NCBI GenBank assembly: GCA_017416155.1
Contig: JAFQDE010000010.1
Span: forward strand, 1,476-65,475
From: Tyzzerella sp.
GTDB taxonomy: Bacteria; Bacillota; Clostridia; Lachnospirales; Lachnospiraceae
Direction of reading: 5' to 3'
Length of the DNA: 64,000 nt
Shown here: positions 18,351 to 28,779 of the stretch, piece after piece
Layout of the letters: the number at the start of each line of letters is the position of its first letter
Numbering within the stretch: the first letter of the stretch is position 1
Made by a program: the position numbers and the translations under genes
Notes under the pieces: generated by a model
The model's input: the letters and a program-made list of their open reading frames with translations, nothing else
What the model was told of the DNA's origin: nothing
The model's database searches: none

Positions 18351-19340
18351 TTATAAAATCTTAGAAATCTTTAACTGATATTCCGGAATCTCTTTTTGCA
18401 TCTTGAGTGCATCGTTAATATCAAAATCAATAAACTGTGCATTTTGATATCCAACCACACGATTTTTCTTGCCATCAATCAAGCAATCCACCGCTTTCGA
18501 TCCCAAAACAGATGCATATACTCTGTCTTTGACAGTTGGGCTTCCGCCACGTTGCAAATGACCGAGAATCGTTGCCCTCGTCTCTACTCCGGTTGCCTCT
18601 TCAATTCTCTTTGCCATGTTGATAGAATCACCAACACCCTCTGCATTAATGATAATATAATGCTTCTTGCCATTCTTACGATTCTCGATGATATCATTGA
18701 TAATTGCCTGTTCGTCATATTCATGTTCTTCCGGCAAAAGGATATATTCTGCACCATTTGCAATACCACACCAAAGCGCAAGATATCCTGCATCTCTTCC
18801 CATCACCTCAACAATACTGCATCTCTCATGTGATGTTGATGTATCACGAATCTTATCAATTGCCTCCATGGCTGTGTTTGCTGCTGTATCAAAACCAATT
18901 GTAAAATCTGTACATGCAATATCCAAGTCGATTGTTGCCGGGATACCGATAACGTTAATTCCGTATTCTGCAAGCTTCTGTGCTCCGGCAAAGGAACCAT
19001 CACCTCCGATAACAACCAATCCTTGAACACCATATTTTTTCAATATCGTTGCGGCCTTTCTCTGTCCCTCAGGGGTACGCATCTGCTGACTTCTGGCAGT
19101 CTGCAGAATTGTTCCTCCGCGCTGAATCGTATCAGCAACATCCTTTCTCGACATATCTATAATCTCTTCACGAAGCAAACCGTGATAACCACGTCTGATT
19201 CCAAGGACATTTAGTCCATTCGCCAAAGCTGTTCTCACAACTGCACGTACTGCCGCATTCATTCCTGGCGCATCACCACCGCTCGTTAAAACTCCAATTG
19301 TATGAATTGGTTCTCTCATTTCTTGTTCTTTCATAGTCAT
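18351..19340 (-). CDS. pfkA: ATP-dependent 6-phosphofructokinase
   Basis: TSGGDAPGMNA, GGDGS, VMGR, LGHLQRGG. Confidence 0.95.
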   Translation of the reverse strand: MTMKEQEMREPIHTIGVLTSGGDAPGMNAAVRAVVRTALANGLNVLGIRRGYHGLLREEIIDMSRKDVADTIQRGGTILQTARSQQMRTPEGQRKAATILKKYGVQGLVVIGGDGSFAGAQKLAEYGINVIGIPATIDLDIACTDFTIGFDTAANTAMEAIDKIRDTSTSHERCSIVEVMGRDAGYLALWCGIANGAEYILLPEEHEYDEQAIINDIIENRKNGKKHYIIINAEGVGDSINMAKRIEEATGVETRATILGHLQRGGSPTVKDRVYASVLGSKAVDCLIDGKKNRVVGYQNAQFIDFDINDALKMQKEIPEYQLKISKIL

Positions 19341-19377
19341 TTCTCCATTTTTCTATAGTTTCATTATTGTTAGCATT

Positions 19378-22300
19378 TTACACCTTTTCTAATTGTTTTT
19401 CCACAACTTTCACTCGGTCTTTGCCAAAATATTTTTGTACTGCGTCCAAGATGTCTGCATCTACATGAATATTACGATTTGCAGGCAGTCTCTTAACTGC
19501 TTTTTCTTTTGTGCAATATATCACAACTCGGTCAGTTCCCTCGGAATGTTTTAACATTTCAAAGAGATTTGCTTCTTCTGACTGATAAGAAGGAATATCC
19601 GAAAACTGTATCCAAAGTTCACACGGCACATCTTCAAACGGAATGATGGTCTCGCAAATCAGTTTACTAGCTCCGCCGTCTTCCTCTGACACTCGTCCCT
19701 TCACAAATACTTTTGCTTCCTCATTCAGATACTGCTTGCTCTTCTCGTAATCCTTTGGAAATATCATGACTTCCACAGTCCCCATGAGATCTTCGACACT
19801 AATAAATGCCATAGTCTTATTGGTCTTAGTATATTTAATTGTCTTCGCTGCAATCATACCTCCGATAATTGCACGCTCGCCCTCTCGCACCTTCGTATGA
19901 CCATTCTCTTCATCTAATTGGAAATCCATCGTCGTCGCCGTGATGCTCTTTTTCCACTTCGCCTCATATTCTTCCATTGGATGTCCGCTGACATAAATTC
20001 CAAGAACTTCTTTTTCAAATGCAAGCATCGTCTCTTTCTCATACTCACCCACATTCGGAAGTGGTATGTCAAATTCACTCTTTTGCTCCTCGCTTACCAT
20101 ATCAAACAGTGTCATCTGACCGCTCATAGAGTATTTTTTCTCCTGCGTCACCTGGTCCACAATCTTGATGTAAATCATCATGAACTGCTTTCTAGTTCCG
20201 CCAAGGCAATCCAATGCTCCTGCCTTAATAAAACTTTCGATGGTTCGCTTATTTACTTCTTTTCCTGTCAAACGCTCAATAAAGTCTTTGAGATGTTTGA
20301 ACGGTCCATTTTTCTCACGCTCTGCAACAATTGCTTCAATGACCGGACGTCCAACACTCTTAATTGCTGACAATCCGTAAAGAATATTGTTACCACTTAC
20401 GGAAAAATTACCCTCGCCGGTATTGATATCAGGTGGTAATATCTTGATTCCCATCTGACGACAAGTATATATATATTCTGCTACTTTCCCTGCATTATCA
20501 ATCACGGATGTCATAAGAGCCGCCATGAATTCTACCGGATAATAATATTTGAGGTACGCCGTCTGATAAGATACAATCGCATACGCTGCTGCATGTGACT
20601 TATTAAATGCATACTTTGCAAAGTCAATCATCTCATCATATATTTTATTTGCAGTTGCTTCATTGATACCATTTGCAATACATCCAGGTACACCTTCTTC
20701 CGGGTTGCCGTAAACGAAGTTCTGTCTTTCCTTCTCCATGACATCAGCCTTTTTCTTAGACATTGCACGGCGAAGAAGGTCGCTTCGTCCGAGTGTATAA
20801 CCTGCCAGGTCACGCACAATCTGCATAACCTGCTCCTGATATACAATACATCCATAGGTTGCCTTTAAGATAGGCTCCAGTTGTGGACAATCGTATGTGA
20901 TCGCATTCTGGTCGTTTTTCCCTTTAATGTACTGTGGAATAAAATCCATCGGACCCGGTCGATATAGTGCAATGCCGGCAATAATATCCTCGAGACTCTG
21001 TGGTTTCAGTTCCTTCATGAAACTTTTCATACCCGCACTTTCCAACTGAAACACACCGTCTGTCTTTCCAGTTCCAATCGAATCCAATACTTTTTTATCA
21101 TTATAATCAATATAATCAATATCGATTTTCTTCCCTGTATTTTTTTCAACTAAACGAAGTGCATCACGAATAACAGTCAACGTACGCAGACCGAGAAAAT
21201 CCATCTTAAGAAGTCCTAATTCTTCCAATGTCGTCATGACAAACTGCGTTGTCACAGAACCGTCCGAACCTAGTGATAGCGGTACATATTCATCTACCGG
21301 CTCTTGACAAATCACAACGCCTGCCGCATGCATAGATGAGTGTCGTGGCAGTCCCTCCAGGCGTTTCGAAACCTCGATGAGTTCCTGTACCTCCTCATCT
21401 TTTTCATAAAGTTCCTTCAATTCGCTGCTCGCAACTAGTGCCTTTTCCAAAGTCATACCGAGGTCGTTCGGAATCATTTTGGAAATGCTGTCACACAGTG
21501 CATACGGCAGATCCATTACACGTCCGACATCACGTACAACGGCCTTTGCCTTCAGCGTTCCAAATGTAACAATCTGTGCCACATTTTCTGCGCCATATTT
21601 GCGCACTACATAATCGATAACCTCTTGTCTTCTCTCGTAACAGAAATCGATATCAATATCAGGCATGGAAACACGCTCCGGATTGAGAAAACGCTCAAAC
21701 AGAAGCTGATATTTAATAGGGTCTATGTTCGTGATGCCAAGCGTATATGACACAATACTTCCTGCTGCCGAGCCACGTCCTGGTCCAACCATAATTCCGT
21801 TTGTACGAGCATAATTGATAAAATCCCACACAATGAGGAAATAGTCTACATAACCCATATTTTTAATCGTATTTAACTCATAATTGAGACGCTCTGTCAG
21901 GTCTCCTTCCGGATTCTCATATTTCTGATATAATCCATCAAAGCAGAGTTTGTTCAGATATTCCCAGGCCGTGAGACCGTCTGGCACTGCATATTTCGGC
22001 AACTTAGTCACACCGAATTCTATCGTCACATTGCAACGGTCTGCAATTTTCTGTGTGTTTTCAATCGCCTCCAAAGCATACGGAAACAGCGCACGCATTT
22101 CGGCTTCAGATTTGACATAATACTGTCCGCCTTCATAACGCATACGGTCTTCATCTGCAAGCTTTTTACCCGTCTGAATACAAAGCAAAATGTCATGTGG
22201 CTTCTCATCGTCTGCATAAGTATAATGCACGTCGTTTGTCGCCACAAGTTCAATTCCTGTGTCCTGCGACAAGCGAAGTAACTGCTGATTTACCATGCCC

Positions 22301-22851
22301 TGTTCCTGCATGCCATGGTCCTGAAGTTCCAGAAAGAAATTATTCTTTCCGAAGATGTTTTCATAACGCTTGGCGGCCTCCATCGCCTCTGCGTACATGC
22401 CGCGAAGCAGGAACTTCTGAACTTCTCCCGCAAGACAGGCACTGAGCGCAATGATACCTTCGCTGTACATTTCCAAAACTTCCATATCAACACGTGGTTT
22501 ATAATAATAACCATCTACAAAACCTTTGGAAACTATCTTCATCAGATTCTGGTATCCCGTATTATTCTCTGCAAGGAGCACCAGATGATAGTAACGGTCT
22601 TCACTACTGTTTCCTGGAGTCTTGTCAAAGCGAGACCCCGGTGCCACATATACCTCGCACCCTAGTATCGGCTTGATTCCGGCGTTTTTTGCCGCACGGT
22701 AGAAATCAATCACACCATACATAACACCGTGGTCTGTAATCGCCGCACTGTTCATTCCTAACTCTTTCACTCTTGCAACGTATTCTTTTATCTTATTCGA
22801 GCCGTCCAACAGACTGTATTCTGTATGGACGTGTAAATGTGTAAAACTCAT
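19378..22851 (-). CDS. dnaE: DNA polymerase III alpha subunit
   Basis: HLHVHTEYSLLDG PHP domain, GRGSAAGS, MPDIDIDF, YAFNKSH. Confidence 0.97.
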   Translation of the reverse strand: MSFTHLHVHTEYSLLDGSNKIKEYVARVKELGMNSAAITDHGVMYGVIDFYRAAKNAGIKPILGCEVYVAPGSRFDKTPGNSSEDRYYHLVLLAENNTGYQNLMKIVSKGFVDGYYYKPRVDMEVLEMYSEGIIALSACLAGEVQKFLLRGMYAEAMEAAKRYENIFGKNNFFLELQDHGMQEQGMVNQQLLRLSQDTGIELVATNDVHYTYADDEKPHDILLCIQTGKKLADEDRMRYEGGQYYVKSEAEMRALFPYALEAIENTQKIADRCNVTIEFGVTKLPKYAVPDGLTAWEYLNKLCFDGLYQKYENPEGDLTERLNYELNTIKNMGYVDYFLIVWDFINYARTNGIMVGPGRGSAAGSIVSYTLGITNIDPIKYQLLFERFLNPERVSMPDIDIDFCYERRQEVIDYVVRKYGAENVAQIVTFGTLKAKAVVRDVGRVMDLPYALCDSISKMIPNDLGMTLEKALVASSELKELYEKDEEVQELIEVSKRLEGLPRHSSMHAAGVVICQEPVDEYVPLSLGSDGSVTTQFVMTTLEELGLLKMDFLGLRTLTVIRDALRLVEKNTGKKIDIDYIDYNDKKVLDSIGTGKTDGVFQLESAGMKSFMKELKPQSLEDIIAGIALYRPGPMDFIPQYIKGKNDQNAITYDCPQLEPILKATYGCIVYQEQVMQIVRDLAGYTLGRSDLLRRAMSKKKADVMEKERQNFVYGNPEEGVPGCIANGINEATANKIYDEMIDFAKYAFNKSHAAAYAIVSYQTAYLKYYYPVEFMAALMTSVIDNAGKVAEYIYTCRQMGIKILPPDINTGEGNFSVSGNNILYGLSAIKSVGRPVIEAIVAEREKNGPFKHLKDFIERLTGKEVNKRTIESFIKAGALDCLGGTRKQFMMIYIKIVDQVTQEKKYSMSGQMTLFDMVSEEQKSEFDIPLPNVGEYEKETMLAFEKEVLGIYVSGHPMEEYEAKWKKSITATTMDFQLDEENGHTKVREGERAIIGGMIAAKTIKYTKTNKTMAFISVEDLMGTVEVMIFPKDYEKSKQYLNEEAKVFVKGRVSEEDGGASKLICETIIPFEDVPCELWIQFSDIPSYQSEEANLFEMLKHSEGTDRVVIYCTKEKAVKRLPANRNIHVDADILDAVQKYFGKDRVKVVEKQLEKV

Positions 22852-23673
22852 TTATTTCACCTTTATCGATTTATCGTCTATTACTATTTTACCTTCTTTT
22901 AAAAGTCTTCCCACGGCACGCTTAAATGCATTTTTACTAAGGTTAAACTCTTCTTTAATCAGTTCTGGGTCTGCCTTGTCATTGAAAGGCAGCTCACCGT
23001 CCAAATCCTGCAAACGTTTCCAAATCATTTCTGCATCTTTATCCATCTGCATCGGAATCTTATCACGAACACTGAGGTCAAGCTTACCGTCTGCTTTCAC
23101 AGCTGTTACACGCGCCTTAACTGTTTGTCCGACACGGAGTTTCCCATAAACTTCTTTCTTTGGAATCAGTGCAGAAAACTGATTGTCTACCGCCACAAAT
23201 ACCCCAAACTCCTCGCTTGTGTCGTATATTATTCCCTCCACCGTGTCATCCTTCTGATATGGGGAGTCTGTGCGAAGCAAATCATACACTTTCATGGTTG
23301 CACAGAGACGTTCACTCTTATCAATATAGAGAGTCACGAGGCATTTGTCCCCCAGCATCACTTTTGATGTCTGTTGCTTAAACGGCAGGAACAGATCTTT
23401 TTCCAATCCCCAGTTTAAAAATGCTCCGAATTTGTTCGTGTCTGCAACTTCCAGAACTGCCAACTCACCAAGTTCCACCTTCGGCTCATTGGTAGTCGCA
23501 ATCAAACGGTCATCTGAATCTTTGTATAAGAATACTTCCACCGGATCTCCCGGCTCTACTCCTGCCGGAACCTGTTTCCTTGGAAGCAATACTCTCTCCT
23601 CATCGTTTCCAAGATATACACCAAAATCTACTTTTTTCACTACTGTCAATACTTGTCTTTTGCCTAATCTCAT
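22852..23673 (-). CDS. cvfB: CvfB-family S1 RNA-binding protein
   Basis: FGAFLNWGLEKDLFLP; FKRAVGRLLK winged helix. Confidence 0.85.
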   Translation of the reverse strand: MRLGKRQVLTVVKKVDFGVYLGNDEERVLLPRKQVPAGVEPGDPVEVFLYKDSDDRLIATTNEPKVELGELAVLEVADTNKFGAFLNWGLEKDLFLPFKQQTSKVMLGDKCLVTLYIDKSERLCATMKVYDLLRTDSPYQKDDTVEGIIYDTSEEFGVFVAVDNQFSALIPKKEVYGKLRVGQTVKARVTAVKADGKLDLSVRDKIPMQMDKDAEMIWKRLQDLDGELPFNDKADPELIKEEFNLSKNAFKRAVGRLLKEGKIVIDDKSIKVK

Positions 23674-23676
23674 CTT

Positions 23677-24384
23677 CTATTCTCCCATAAACTCTACAAT
23701 CGCATAAGTGCTACCTTCTTTGTCACAAAGTTCCACCACGATACGTTCTTTTTCAACCAACCGTTTCAATACGATTCTATCGCCCAAAACAGCTGCTTTC
23801 TTGTATTCCACACGAAGTTTTTGTACTTCGAATTCTTCTGACAAACCCTCACATGCCAACTCGATATATTTGCTATTATTCACATGTGCATTCGTATCAA
23901 TATGATACCTGTGTACCGGAAATGTGTCAACCTCTAGGGCTCCTTCCGGCACCTTGATTTTTCTGGAAACCTCCTCCATCGAAATCGGAGCACCAACTTC
24001 GTACACTGCAATCTCTTCCTGCGTCGGCTTCACCGGTTTTCCGCTCTCTGTATCTATGTACACCCACAAGGAGTGTGCGCGAGCAAGTTCCTCACCCTCC
24101 GCAGTCTCCATACAAAAATCTCTCGGACCAAACACTCCCTTGAAATCCGTCGCCCATGTAGAGACCTCTATGCTCTCCCCAGCTTGTGGTCGACGCATAA
24201 TCTCCACCTGCCAAGAATTGAGAATCCATGCGCGCTTTCTCTCCACAAGATAGTGATGTCCCACACCGATTGTCTCTGAATTCTCTGTCGTACAATCTTG
24301 AAAATAGTTAATGATTGCAGGAATCTTTATCTGATTGTCTATTCCGCATTCACTGTACCGAACGCGCCCTTGCATTTTGTACAT
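23677..24384 (-). CDS. Acyl-ACP thioesterase
   Basis: VRYSE; HIDTNAHVNNSKY. Confidence 0.85.
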   Translation of the reverse strand: MYKMQGRVRYSECGIDNQIKIPAIINYFQDCTTENSETIGVGHHYLVERKRAWILNSWQVEIMRRPQAGESIEVSTWATDFKGVFGPRDFCMETAEGEELARAHSLWVYIDTESGKPVKPTQEEIAVYEVGAPISMEEVSRKIKVPEGALEVDTFPVHRYHIDTNAHVNNSKYIELACEGLSEEFEVQKLRVEYKKAAVLGDRIVLKRLVEKERIVVELCDKEGSTYAIVEFMGE

Positions 24385-24406
24385 TTATCTCTCCTCCGTC
24401 CTCGGA

Positions 24407-24997
24407 TTAAAAAAAGAACCATCCTATCTTAAAACGGCTGGTCGCAGTCACCATCTCATAAGTATCTTCTTCTAGTACTTTCTTCAAATCCTTTTTTCCT
24501 TTATCCGGCACTACTGCATTTACTGCATCAATAAAGCAGAGATTCGGATATAATACACACCACCAATTTTGCCCTTTTGCCTCGCCTATTTCGATGCGAA
24601 GCGCCTCATATCGGCCCGCTGGAAATGTAATGTCTCCATAAGTCTTGTCGGGAAAGTCACAAGTTGTCACCCTTGCCGTTATCTGATAGTCATAACCTTT
24701 CTCACGAACCACTGTCTCTGCCAGACTCTCAATAGCATTCAAATGACCGCTTGCCCATGTTTTTGTTGTCTCTACGCTGTCAGACTCTGGAATCTCTTCT
24801 TTCATATAGGCAATCACTGCTTCCTTTACCTGCATCTTTAAAGTCTGGTCTTCGTCACTGTCGCTGTTTGCAAGCACATGAAAACGAAACACCTCTTTTG
24901 CCAAATCCTTTTGCATCCGAGACTGTTTTGCATTTACTACAATGCCGGTCACCAACAGAGAAATCAGGATTCCGGCTAATACACTTACCTTTTTCAT
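24407..24997 (-). CDS. spoIIR: Stage II sporulation protein R
   Basis: RFHVLANSDS; GQNWWCVLYPNLC. Confidence 0.95.
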   Translation of the reverse strand: MKKVSVLAGILISLLVTGIVVNAKQSRMQKDLAKEVFRFHVLANSDSDEDQTLKMQVKEAVIAYMKEEIPESDSVETTKTWASGHLNAIESLAETVVREKGYDYQITARVTTCDFPDKTYGDITFPAGRYEALRIEIGEAKGQNWWCVLYPNLCFIDAVNAVVPDKGKKDLKKVLEEDTYEMVTATSRFKIGWFFF

Positions 24998-25027
24998 ACT
25001 CTATGTACCTCCATATTTGATAATCGG

Positions 25028-25055
25028 AGTGTCCCCATATTTCTGAAAAATATAC
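25028..25055 (-). promoter_or_regulatory. Putative sigma-F promoter of spoIIR
   Basis: Minus strand GTATA-N14-GGGGACACT resembles the sigma-F consensus; spoIIR is sigma-F controlled in model organisms. Confidence 0.45.
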
Positions 25056-25063
25056 ATTTATTT

Positions 25064-25738
25064 TTACTTTTTGGTTCGAATCGTATCTGCCACAGATGTC
25101 ATCTGATTATCAATGTGCGTGCTGATAGCTTGTTTCGCAGCTTCCTTATCTCTACGCACAATAGACTCAATAATGTGCTCATGCTCTGCAAAAAGTGTTG
25201 CATGTACCTCTCCTCTCTTGAGATATTCCACACGGTATCGATACATCTGCTCACGCAGATTATATAAAAGTTGAATGAGTCTTTGGTTATCTGTCGCAAA
25301 GTATATGATGTCATGGAATCTTACATCTGCCTCTGCAAGTGCAGTTACATCTTCGCTCTTTGACACTTCTTCAAATTCTTTTGCCGCCTCACGAAGCTTG
25401 TCCACATCCTCCTCTGAGATTCGGTCACATGCGAGTTCCACCGCCAATTCTTCCAATGCACTGCGCACTTCGAGCACATCGCGCAGACTCTTCTCCGTAA
25501 TCTCTGCAACCTCTGCACCGCGTCTTGGAATCATCAGCACAAGTCCTTCCAATTCTAATTTGCGAATTGCCTCACGAATCGGAGTACGACTGACACCCAA
25601 TTTGTTAGCCAGTTGAATCTCCATCAGACGCTCACCCGGTTTTAGCTCCCCGCGAAGAATCGCCTGACGTAATGTATTGAATACTACATCTCGCAGCGGT
25701 AAAAATTGATCCATATCTACTTGAAAATCCGTTCCCAT
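25064..25738 (-). CDS. GntR-family (FCD) transcriptional regulator
   Basis: LGVSRTPIREAIRKLE HTH; FCD C-terminus. Confidence 0.9.
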   Translation of the reverse strand: MGTDFQVDMDQFLPLRDVVFNTLRQAILRGELKPGERLMEIQLANKLGVSRTPIREAIRKLELEGLVLMIPRRGAEVAEITEKSLRDVLEVRSALEELAVELACDRISEEDVDKLREAAKEFEEVSKSEDVTALAEADVRFHDIIYFATDNQRLIQLLYNLREQMYRYRVEYLKRGEVHATLFAEHEHIIESIVRRDKEAAKQAISTHIDNQMTSVADTIRTKK

Positions 25739-25739
25739 C

Positions 25740-26618
25740 TTATTTCCTCCTTACATTGTGTACATTTGCAATATACACTTGCTTTGCAATCTGTAACTCG
25801 CGAATCTTTTGTTGAGCATCCTTTGCTTGTTGGCGCTCTTCAAAGATTCCAAAAACTGTCGGTCCGCTACCACTCATCATTGCATTGAGTGCACCCGAGT
25901 CTTTCATGACATCTTTGATTTGCTCAATAATCGGATAATCCCCGATAGTCACAGTCTCAAGCACATTTCCCATAGACAATGCGACCTTTTTAATATCCTG
26001 TTCCCTTAGCCCTTCCAAAATACCGTCGATATTCGGGTGTACCTCTATTTCCTGTGAATCCAGCTTCTCATACACAGTTTTTGTTGACACACTGATTCCC
26101 GGTTTTGCAATTAATATACAGCACCTTGGAAGTGGCGGAAGTGGCGATAAAATCTCGCCAATCCCCTCCGCAAGCACAGTTCCTCTTATCACGCAATATG
26201 GTACATCAGCACCAAGTAAAACGCCACGTTTCATAAGTTCCTCTTGTGAGAGTCCCAATGAAAACAGGCGATTCATTCCCACTAAAACTGCGGCCGCATT
26301 GGCACTTCCACCTGCCAAACCTGCCGCAACAGGAATATGTTTATCTAATACAATGCGAACGCCCCCTCGAATGTCAAATTCATCCATCAGAAGCTTCGCT
26401 GCTTTATATGCAATATTCGTTTCATCTACCGGAAGATAGAATAGGTTGCATGTAAGTTCAATTCCCGACTTCTCTGTCTTTTCCAACGTCACATTGTCAT
26501 ACAAGTAGATCGTCTGCATTACCATACGCACATCGTGATAGCCATTCTCTCTTCTTCCAAGTACATCTAACCCCAGATTAATTTTTGCAAGAGCCTTTAA
26601 CGTTATGATATCGCTCAT
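25740..26618 (-). CDS. ispE: 4-diphosphocytidyl-2-C-methyl-D-erythritol kinase
   Basis: AKINLGLD, IPVAAGLAGGS, MSGSGPTVF. Confidence 0.95.
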   Translation of the reverse strand: MSDIITLKALAKINLGLDVLGRRENGYHDVRMVMQTIYLYDNVTLEKTEKSGIELTCNLFYLPVDETNIAYKAAKLLMDEFDIRGGVRIVLDKHIPVAAGLAGGSANAAAVLVGMNRLFSLGLSQEELMKRGVLLGADVPYCVIRGTVLAEGIGEILSPLPPLPRCCILIAKPGISVSTKTVYEKLDSQEIEVHPNIDGILEGLREQDIKKVALSMGNVLETVTIGDYPIIEQIKDVMKDSGALNAMMSGSGPTVFGIFEERQQAKDAQQKIRELQIAKQVYIANVHNVRRK

Positions 26619-26673
26619 GTTTTTCCTCGCTTTTCTCGTGTTGTATTTCTTTTGTATCTTGTATACACTCCTT

Positions 26674-28233
26674 TTACAGTATACTCATATTCTCCTTAAA
26701 AATCAATAACCTGTCACCTGGTTTTATCTGTTCTCCACTCACTTCATTCACATCTTTGATAGCATCCATGGTTGTACTATAACGTTTTGCCAACGTCCAC
26801 AGGTCATCCCCTTCTTTTACCAAATATCCCACAATGCTTGGTCGCTTTGCTTCCTCTCCCATATCAATAGGTTCTACCCGTATATTTTGAATCATTTCCA
26901 TCTGTCCTTTCCTCTTGAAAAAACCGTGAAATGCCAACGCCGCCTTCACTTCTATTTCATCTCCACCTTGCAGCGTAATACTGAGTTGTTCTAGATTTAC
27001 AGATATATGATATTTCAAATGTTCATCCGTCTCATTACACTCAATCAGATGTGTAAATGGAACAACACCCTGCCATGTATCAAATGGCATGTTATCATTA
27101 GCCTTTACATATAAGAAACTAATATACAAGGCACCTTCTACCAAAATACCATCTTCTCTCATATCCATTTTATCAACTCGAACATTTCCACTGCTATGAC
27201 ATATCTGCAAAATATCCCCACGAAGTTCCGGAAGCGAAAGTCTCTCCATCACTTTACATTTTGAATGATTCTGAAGTACAAGCCGCTCGTATTCCATAGG
27301 CTTTTTTTCTAATACACAATTGTGCTCAAGAGAATACAGATCCTCAAGAACATCCATTTTTTCTTCTTCATATACAGCAATAAAAAGCTGAAGCGTTCCT
27401 TCTATACCTATGACACGCATTTCGCCATCCTCATCCACTCGCACATCTGCATGTACATCCTCCATATTTGCCTGCACATGATGAAACATCGTCTCATCCA
27501 CTCCATAGCATTCCACACGGCCTTGATACGGAACTGCTTGCTCTATCCAATCAATCTTGCCATCCGGTGATTCATAGAAACAGAACACGAGAAGTTCACC
27601 TATAATCTGTAATTCATCCACTGCAAGCTTTGTGTCTATTCTTCGATTTGCAATATCCGCCCAAAGCATCATGCCAATGGATTCTTTCGTTCCCGGAAGT
27701 GTAATCTCTTCCTTAATCCGATAGGTATCCTTTTTGGACGTTCGAATCTTGAGCATATCCATTTCTTTTTGCTTTTTATACACTCTGGCATTGCTCTCCA
27801 CATCCGTCGGAATCTCCCATGTTTTTTGTTTTTCCGATTCTATTTCCATCTCTACCATTGCTTTAATGCGAAGTTTTCTAGAATGTATCATATGTACATG
27901 AAGTTCCGCCCTTGCACCCTTTACATCCATATTTGTGTCCGCGCCATCTTCAACATATACCATCTCCACAAACGGAATCTTATCTTCAATACTTGAAAAA
28001 GTAGGCTCTATTCCCTCTGCTACATAAAGAATGTGAAACTCAATTTTACCTTGAATACGAAGATAGTTCTCTACGGGTTTTATTTCGTCAATGCGGACAC
28101 GTCCTTCACTACTCACAATTTTTTCTACATCATTTTTACTGTCTGGCACATTGAAATCTTCATCCAACATAAACTGGTCAAAAAGTCTTTTATCCACTTG
28201 ATTTGTCTCCATTTGTCTTGTTATCACTTCCAT
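26674..28233 (-). CDS. sipL: SPOCS (DUF3794) repeat plus LysM spore coat morphogenetic protein
   Basis: Three repeated beta domains with IPF/VPY/VPF motifs; C-terminal LysM YLVKEGDDLWTLAKRY. Confidence 0.8.
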   Translation of the reverse strand: MEVITRQMETNQVDKRLFDQFMLDEDFNVPDSKNDVEKIVSSEGRVRIDEIKPVENYLRIQGKIEFHILYVAEGIEPTFSSIEDKIPFVEMVYVEDGADTNMDVKGARAELHVHMIHSRKLRIKAMVEMEIESEKQKTWEIPTDVESNARVYKKQKEMDMLKIRTSKKDTYRIKEEITLPGTKESIGMMLWADIANRRIDTKLAVDELQIIGELLVFCFYESPDGKIDWIEQAVPYQGRVECYGVDETMFHHVQANMEDVHADVRVDEDGEMRVIGIEGTLQLFIAVYEEEKMDVLEDLYSLEHNCVLEKKPMEYERLVLQNHSKCKVMERLSLPELRGDILQICHSSGNVRVDKMDMREDGILVEGALYISFLYVKANDNMPFDTWQGVVPFTHLIECNETDEHLKYHISVNLEQLSITLQGGDEIEVKAALAFHGFFKRKGQMEMIQNIRVEPIDMGEEAKRPSIVGYLVKEGDDLWTLAKRYSTTMDAIKDVNEVSGEQIKPGDRLLIFKENMSIL

Positions 28234-28245
28234 GCTTTGACTCCT

Positions 28246-28653
28246 TTACTCAAACACAACATTTTTATCAATAAACTCTGTTTTAACCACGATATACGGA
28301 TACGTTGCCCGCTCCAATATCTTTTCATCTTTTGACGGTCCAATCAGGTTCGTGTGTATGTAGATGGCATTTTCTGTCTCATAAAGTTCAGCCACCTTGA
28401 TGCTGTAGCCACTGGTTGACTGTTTACCATAACCCACCGCAATATAAAGTGTGCCATCATCCGCATAAGTCAGTTTGAAAGGATTCTCGTCCTTCTCGTC
28501 AATCATCTCCTCCAGTTCTTCGGGAATGTCCTTATTCGGAACGACCGTAAACTCAATATCTCTCAGTTTTTCCATGCTGATTTTTTCTGTGGAACAGCCT
28601 GCAAATAGGCATAAGATGCTCATACATAATATGGCTAGGATATATTTTTTCAT
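28246..28653 (-). CDS. PrcB C-terminal-domain lipoprotein
   Basis: Lipobox LFAG-C; YGKQSTSGYSI and TYPYIVVK. Confidence 0.7.
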   Translation of the reverse strand: MKKYILAILCMSILCLFAGCSTEKISMEKLRDIEFTVVPNKDIPEELEEMIDEKDENPFKLTYADDGTLYIAVGYGKQSTSGYSIKVAELYETENAIYIHTNLIGPSKDEKILERATYPYIVVKTEFIDKNVVFE

Positions 28654-28716
28654 AGCAACCCCATATATGATTTCACTACTATCATACACAGGATAACGAG
28701 GAAAAAGACCTGGAAA

Positions 28717-28745
28717 TTGCAATATTTCACAATTTATGATATATT
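28717..28745 (+). promoter_or_regulatory. Putative sigma-A promoter of the RyR/TIR operon
   Basis: TTGCAA-N17-TATATT with extended -10 TG; GAGGAGG RBS downstream. Confidence 0.5.
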
Positions 28746-28779
28746 CTTCTTATTATTATAATCGAACGAGGAGGCTTAT

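Noticed and set aside
19378-22851. Intein in dnaE
   Set aside because: Normal length with continuous motifs.
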